DNA from: Eutreptiella sp. 'Long Island Sound 2002'
Taxonomy: Eukaryota > Protista > Euglenida
NCBI GenBank assembly: GCA_964036045.1
Contig: OZ038378.1
Span: forward strand, 16,120,001 to 16,184,000
Reading direction: 5' to 3'
Length of the DNA: 64,000 nucleotides
The notes beneath the pieces are model-generated. The model did no database searches. It saw only the letters and a program-made list of their open reading frames with translations, and was not told the DNA's origin. Both the position numbers and the translations under genes were made by a program. Shown in pieces: positions 11,040 through 64,000 of this stretch. Position 1 is the stretch's first letter. Each line of letters opens with the position of its first letter.

Positions 11040-12470
11040 GTACTAGGTTACCAGGGCTGGAAGTTAGCATTTACAAAATGTTTGCATCCATTTTCGCTCC
11101 TCGGATGCTCAATATCTGCCATCGCATTCTCCAGATCGGTGAATTCAATGGGGACCAGGCAGGTTGCATGGGTGTGGTGTTGATATCAGACCTCCGGTCT
11201 TCAGGCTTCCAAAATACTTGCCACAAATGGGTTGCAGCCATTGCTGCCAGTGCAATAAAGGAGATAGATGGTCTAAGACGACCTGCAGGAGTGGCTGCAA
11301 GTATAACGAAGGTGATAGATGGATGGATATCTTGATTTTGACATGACAACCTACGTTACGGGGCAAGGGGTGCTGGTTACCATATGGGGGGTTTCTACCA
11401 ATTTGGGGGTGTGCTATTCCGTTGTCATGCCATCAACACCCCCCATGTGCCTCCACTGGGTGCTGCAGTGTCAACCTGCAGTTCGTACATCTCTTCCCCA
11501 CCTGTAAGTGCCATATGAAGGCTCCCCATCACCCCAACCCCCGTACCCATGTTTGGACACCATTACCAGCAATGGATGAGATTCATCACTTCGCTTATGT
11601 ACCAATGCCAGCTCAACCGCTCGCAGCTACTCTGGCACATATGCCCCCTGACACACTTGAACAAACAAAGCCTCTAAGCTCAGGTGCTGTAACAACTCTA
11701 CCAGGTCCTCCCACACCAGTTGAGTTGCTGGATCTCGTGGACCTATCAACCAATTGGTGGATAAAAGTGCCAAGGGGGAACGTTAGCGCGCCGGGCGCAC
11801 GCCGGGCATCTTTTTGGACCCGTGCCCCACCGGTGACCTTTTAGGGGGTGCGCTAAGGGGGCGCACTTAGGACAATCTTTGAATCCACGCTTCGTTGTGT
11901 GGTGCATCATGGTGACCCCCGGCATAGGTTTTGACTTCCGATTTTGTTCCCTTTGTTGGGGACCCCCGAGAATGCAGGGGTGATGTAGCATTTCCGCCCT
12001 CTTTTGGGCCCCAACCGTCCGGTGCTATTGAGGAAACCGGGACAATCTTTGAATCCACGCTTTGTTGCGTGGTGCATCATGGTGACCCCCGGCGTAGGTT
12101 TTGACTTCCGCTTTTGTTCCCTTTGTTGGGGACCCCCGAGAATGCAAGGGTGATGTAGCATTTCCGCCCTCTTTTGGGCCCCAACCGTCCGGTGCTATTG
12201 ACAGTTGGAGTGGTTGAAGTCACAGATATTGCTTTATTTTGCCACGTGCTTTGTAGGGAAGGTGTGCAGTGCAATGTGGTCTACTTGGGGGGCTTCTCCA
12301 TGGGAGGGTAAATCTGGGGCTGAAGTCGGGATAGTTAATACAAAAGTAGCGCGCCGGGCGCGCGCCGGGCAAACATTCCCCCCAAGTCATGTGCAGGTGT
12401 GTAGGTGTGCAGGTGTCAAAGAATGAATGGGCAGACAAGGCAGCTGAAATGAGCGGGAAATCATCACCGC
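11040..12470 (+). pseudogene. Decayed non-LTR retrotransposon fragment (RNase H motif, possible RT motif)
   Basis: Removing the 11775-12381 insertion restores WIKVPSHV, followed after a frameshift by NEWADKAAEMSG (RNase H C-terminal motif). IYKMFASIFAPRML at about 11070-11110 resembles RT motif 2 (weaker evidence). Confidence 0.5.
11775..12381. mobile_element. 607-bp MITE with GGGG...CCCC termini and a 4-bp TSD (CAAG)
   Basis: Termini GGGGAACGTT / AACATTCCCC, extended by quasi-palindromic gcgcgccgggcgc(a/g)cgccgggc at both ends. CAAG lies at 11771-11774 and 12382-12385. Contains an internal 170-bp tandem duplication. Confidence 0.8.
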
Positions 12471-14655
12471 GAGTGCAAGGAAGAGAGCACAATTCTAGAG
12501 GCTACGGATGCCCATCGCAGTGTCCCGCCCACAAACTCTATGGTCCGTACCGGTGGACACACCTTCACTAATGAGCATTTAACTCACGCCTAAGGTGCGT
12601 GATGCGGGATTAGAGACCCCACCACCAGTAGGTATGCCGCACTCTCCATTGCTGGCATGGAGGCTAGACTTTGATGCACCAAATGGACCGATACACACCA
12701 TGGTGTTTCGGAAACCGCTTGCAGGAACTAGAATTGAATGCCCTCTCATCCACACAGGTGGGCGCCTCACTCTCTCCCCATTCAACTTCATCCGAGCCCG
12801 TAGAAAAGTGGCGGAAGGGGATCTCACCTCAGCCGATGATGAGACGGTGGACAATGAGGATATTGGCACGCCCCCTAGTGTACTGACAAAGGTGAGTGTG
12901 ACTGGGACAGAGGAGCGTATGGCCGCACTATATGCACTGAAGTAGCAAGAAAGCATGCATACTATATTTTGTGAACTGAGATGTGTGGTTGTATCTAGTG
13001 ACATCACCCAAGCACCATGTGCCTAGACGTGCGTCCATATGCAGTTTGATCCAGGGCAAGGGGAAGAAAGTTGAAGTGTTTTGTTATTTCACCTTTGTGC
13101 GACTGCTTGTTGTGGTGTTTTAAACCCTGTAATCGCCTTCCGGCGATTAGCGCCTTGTTTTTCTCTCTCTTCCCCATTGTTGCCATCAATTTATCATAGA
13201 CCGTTGGGAGAGCAAGGTACGGAGGGACAGGAAACAGACCGCCAAGGAGGATACCGCACTGTAATGAAAGAACAAGGCACACATGCCACAAATACCGAAA
13301 TGATGCTACCGGCAAGTGATTGATGCGTATGTAACAGACACACACAACACAACACACGCCGAAAGCAACACCATAAGGACACCATCATCGGCACCACGAG
13401 GCCTCGCCGAGGGAGTGCTAGTGATTGCAAGGGCCATGGGGCAACCGACATGAGGTGACAAAAGCGAGGCAGAACAATGGGAACAGGCAACAGGGAACAA
13501 GGGAATGCCGAATGTTTGAACCCCTGACCTTTTGGCTAGCCAGTACGTATCAAAAGCTCAAGATGCAAAGAACCGCCGAATAAGGCCGCATGTGCATACA
13601 AGGGCGTTCATGTGTGGAGCTGTGGAATGACCTTTGTGAGGCATGTCTCAAGGCTTCGCATTCTCCAAGGTTTGCAGCGACATTGTCCCATGCTTTATGT
13701 GTCCCATGCTTTACGGGGAACACAAGATGCATGGCATGACACACATGGCCCCAACCTCACGAAACACTCTCACACGCCCTATTCATTTTTGTTTGGTTCA
13801 GGCCATGGGCAGAAACGTGGAGCCTTGCCGGCTACACCTACAGCTCTCGAGAAGCTTCTAAGGCGCACAATGGGGGGGCACACTATGTGCTACGCTTGTT
13901 GTGTGAAAGTAGGCTATGTTTGACCTGTTTTCCTTGACACTGCGGCAGTTCCTCACCCATGCAGCCGTTCCTCACCCATTGTTGTTTGTTTGGCCAAATA
14001 CGGTGATACATTTTCATAGTGCTTGCTACAGAGCATCATACTTTCCACCTCATCTCCTTATACCCACTTTTTCATTCTCCACAGATCTCATTATTGGGAA
14101 TAGGGTGTTCTACACCTGCTCCAATTGTGTGCGAGTTCCTGCTAGAGTTGTTGAGACTGCACTTGAAGGATTCATTCACTTGAATATTATCAAGATGCGG
14201 TGAGGGTGGTCAATGGGCACCCCAAGATCTCCTTTGCCATTGTGTCATGCCCAAATGCTTTCCTCAAACAAGTTTCGGCCATCTTGTAACTCAGTTCCAA
14301 GGTACCACACAGCACAAAAAGCGAAGTCTCTCACTGCTGAAAAAACACACCACCAGAATGCATGGTGCGAAATTGACAAGAACAACACCTAGAACACAGT
14401 GTACAAAGGGGGCTGGGGGAGTTTTGTCTAGAAAAGCTTGCGGGTCCTATGCGGTAGTCTTTTTGCCCCCCAGTTTTCAGGATGGTGCATCATGTGTTAC
14501 GTCAAGGCTGGCTGGTCTCTATACTACTGCTGTGCTGTGCAGACAACACCCTTGTCCAAGTAAGACTGGGTACTTTCTCGTCAATTTCTGTGCTTTCGCC
14601 AGTGTTTAGACGGGGGCTGGGATAACATAACAATCCCAGCGCACCCAGGGGCCAG

Positions 14656-14672
14656 CCTTCTTTGTTTTGCAG
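14656..14672 (+). promoter_or_regulatory. Pyrimidine tract plus AG splice acceptor 5 nt upstream of the RAD50 start codon
   Basis: ccttctttgttttgcag|gggccATG. Could be a trans-splice acceptor or a 5'UTR intron acceptor. Confidence 0.5.
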
Positions 14673-14677
14673 GGGCC

Positions 14678-61892
<47,215 letters not shown>

Positions 61893-63049
61893 GTCCTTAG
61901 GGCAGGGATTGCGGTCGCGCCTGGCGCATGTGGCATGCCACTGCCTGGTGATTTGTGTTGTAGTAATCATCTTCGTCCTGGCATGACCCGGTGGTGAGGC
62001 TCTTTCAGCACCTAAAGGTGAGATGATTTCCCCTGACCCAACACTGCAGACATGGACCACCTGCAAAGGCTCACTGCAGTGTATTTTCCGATGAAGGTGA
62101 TGGCTGTGGTTTGGGTTTGGGGTTGCTCATGCTTTAAAACTGTACTTGATAAGCCCATGGCTTCGATGTCGTCTCAGCCACCATGTGGCTTCGAGCTATT
62201 GGGGTCACAGCTGCATGCACACCCAGGAGCACACTGGTTCTCTGCCTTTCGGCCTTCCAGTAGTTGCCGCTACTGGGATGCAAACTGAATGCTGCCAATA
62301 TGCCAAGCAAAACTGATGCACGAAAAGGCAACAAAACCAAAATTGCCGCATTGCGGAACAGAGCTCAGAGGTGAGAATTCATTCACTCATGCGATGCAGC
62401 ACAGGTTGCCTCGTCTTAGTATCTAAATTCTTCCGCATTTTGCGTGAGGCAGTGCATGCCAACTGCTTGTCCAAGTCGCCCGAGGTGCCCAGTGAGCCCA
62501 AACGTCCATTTTTTTCGAAGGAGACAAAACTTGCCCCCAGAGGGGTCTCGCCTAATTGGTGCCGATGTTTGCCTCTCCGCCCTCTCCCCTGTGGGCTTGG
62601 ACATGCCGAACCCCCCCCCCCCCCAAAAAAAAATAAATAAGTCCCAAGGCTCAGTGACATGATGGCAAGGCATAGCAGGGCGCTCCATTCTAGACGCATA
62701 CTGCTCTCTTAGCTAATTTTGTCACATTCTCAAGAGCCTGAATTGGGAATAAATCCTGAATATTCGACATATCGTTGAGTTAGAACCTAGGACCAAGACC
62801 AACAGATTCGGCATTGAAAAGATGCATCCTTTTAGCCCCTCCAGTTGTGGTTTTGTGGCGATATATTGGAGCAATTGGCCCAACATGGTACACGGGTACC
62901 TGTGCAACACAGAATTCGAGCAGGCTTAAATCTGGACCTTTCCGCAGAAAAATGGCCCGTGGCGCCAACATGTTGTTGAGTTGAGCTCTCTAACTGATTG
63001 ATTTTTGAATTCAGCACACTGGGTGGACTAAGCATCCTGGAGTTGCATT

Positions 63050-63809
63050 TTGATCCACATAGCCCAAGATATGGCCTGTTTTCGGTTTGGGGCTGTCAGT
63101 GGCTAATCCGCGCAGATTTTGGGGCTCTTTGGTGCTTTTTTTTGAGGGGTTTCTCGGACATATCGTGGAGTCAGAGCACACCAAAGGGCTCTTTGACACG
63201 GGGAAGTCATGCTGCTCAGACCCCAGTTGTTGATTCCCAAAGGTTCCTTCGCTAATCTGGCCTAAAGACAGGCAATTTGCATTGTGTAATTTTATGGTTG
63301 CGATTTCCCAAGGTATCACTAGTCACTTGGGGGAGCCAGAGGGTAGCCTGGGCCGCGCATGGTGGGGGTCGACGGTGGGTCCACCAGGGTCCCCGGGGCG
63401 AAAAAACATTTTTCCCAAAGTTGTTCCTAGACCACTTGGGATGCTCAAACAAGTGTTTTTTTTAGCTTGTTTTGAGCCCGTGGTGGCGCGCTTTGGCCCT
63501 TTTGAAAATCCCAAAATGCCTTGAAAATGGGCCGTGTTGGAACCAAACATTGGTTAGAAGAGGGTCAAAAACACATTTTGCCAAAAGTGATCGTGGACCA
63601 TTTAGGGTGCACAAACAAGTGAAATGAGCCCATTTTGAGCTCGTTTTTGAGCCATTTTGGCCCCTCTAAGATCCCCAAAAGCCTTGAAAATAGGCCATTT
63701 TGTGAACAAAAACTGGTCAAAAATGCGTTTTTCCAAATGATCCTAGACCATTTGGGGTGCTCAAACGGGAGAAATGCGCCTATTTTGAGCCCATTTTGAC
63801 CCACTGTAG
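63050..63809. repeat. Rearranged fragments related to the 1.15-1.4-kb element family
   Basis: Contains catagcccaagatatggcctgttttcggtttggggctgtc and reverse-oriented subrepeats (gaccatttagggtgcacaaacaagtgaaatgagccc). Confidence 0.65.
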
Positions 63810-64000
63810 CCCATTTCGCCACATGTATGCACGAAGGGGTACACTTTCCACGTACCTTAGAGCTGTGTTGTGGAGCCACGTAGAGTTGGAGGATGTATCC
63901 TCTAATCTACATCCCTCTCTCCAACTCTTCGTGGCTCCACAACACAGCTCTAAGGTACGTGGAAAGTGTACCACTTGGTGCATACATGTGGCGAAATGGG
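63810..64000. repeat. Large inverted repeat (palindrome) centred at 63905, reaching the window edge
   Basis: Arms 63810-63891 and 63919-64000 (82 bp each, 3 mismatches) around a 27-nt loop that contains a GATGTA/TACATC sub-stem. Confidence 0.95.

Noticed and set aside
11600-11770. Minus-strand reading LVWEDLVELLQHL as RNase H
   Set aside because: The plus-strand reading is supported by exact motif restoration after MITE removal, and the minus-strand frame has stops and no continuation.
62371-62420. MRCSTG as the RAD50 signature motif (RGRCSAGQ)
   Set aside because: Superficial match only, with no preceding VVM..D.RG and no following QKVLASL. The true exon is outside the window.

Overview
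Eukaryotic, intron-rich and repeat-dense genomic DNA. A euglenid origin is suggested by the GT(G/A/C)TG splice donors and the repeat landscape, but this is inference and not proven. Two spliced protein genes were reconstructed by hand, both on the + strand. (1) The last two visible exons of a GT8-like glycosyltransferase-fold gene (349-678 and 6821-7298, joined across a 6142-nt GT-AG intron). Its catalytic motifs are all substituted but its reading frame is intact. (2) RAD50, starting at ATG 14678, with 33 phase-compatible GT-AG exons (3590 coding nt, about 1196 codons, through NYNYR at 61892). The signature/Walker B exons were not found and must lie beyond 64000. Almost all other ORFs in the supplied track are artefacts of microsatellites and repeats. 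The introns are filled with nested mobile DNA: a CGGBP1-like hAT derivative, a MITE with a 4-bp TSD that splits an RNase H motif, G-run-capped MITEs with 9-11-bp TSDs, a Harbinger-like transposase relic, a tRNA-like SINE head, a 1.15-1.4-kb tandem element family joined by telomere-like linkers and carried inside two composite elements that sit in (TG)n tracts, and a large palindrome running off the right end. No tRNA, rRNA, SL RNA or CRISPR array was recognised. I did not find an unambiguous new protein-based system. The best candidates for novelty are the composite/tandem element family, the intact GT8 pseudo-enzyme and the terminal palindrome.
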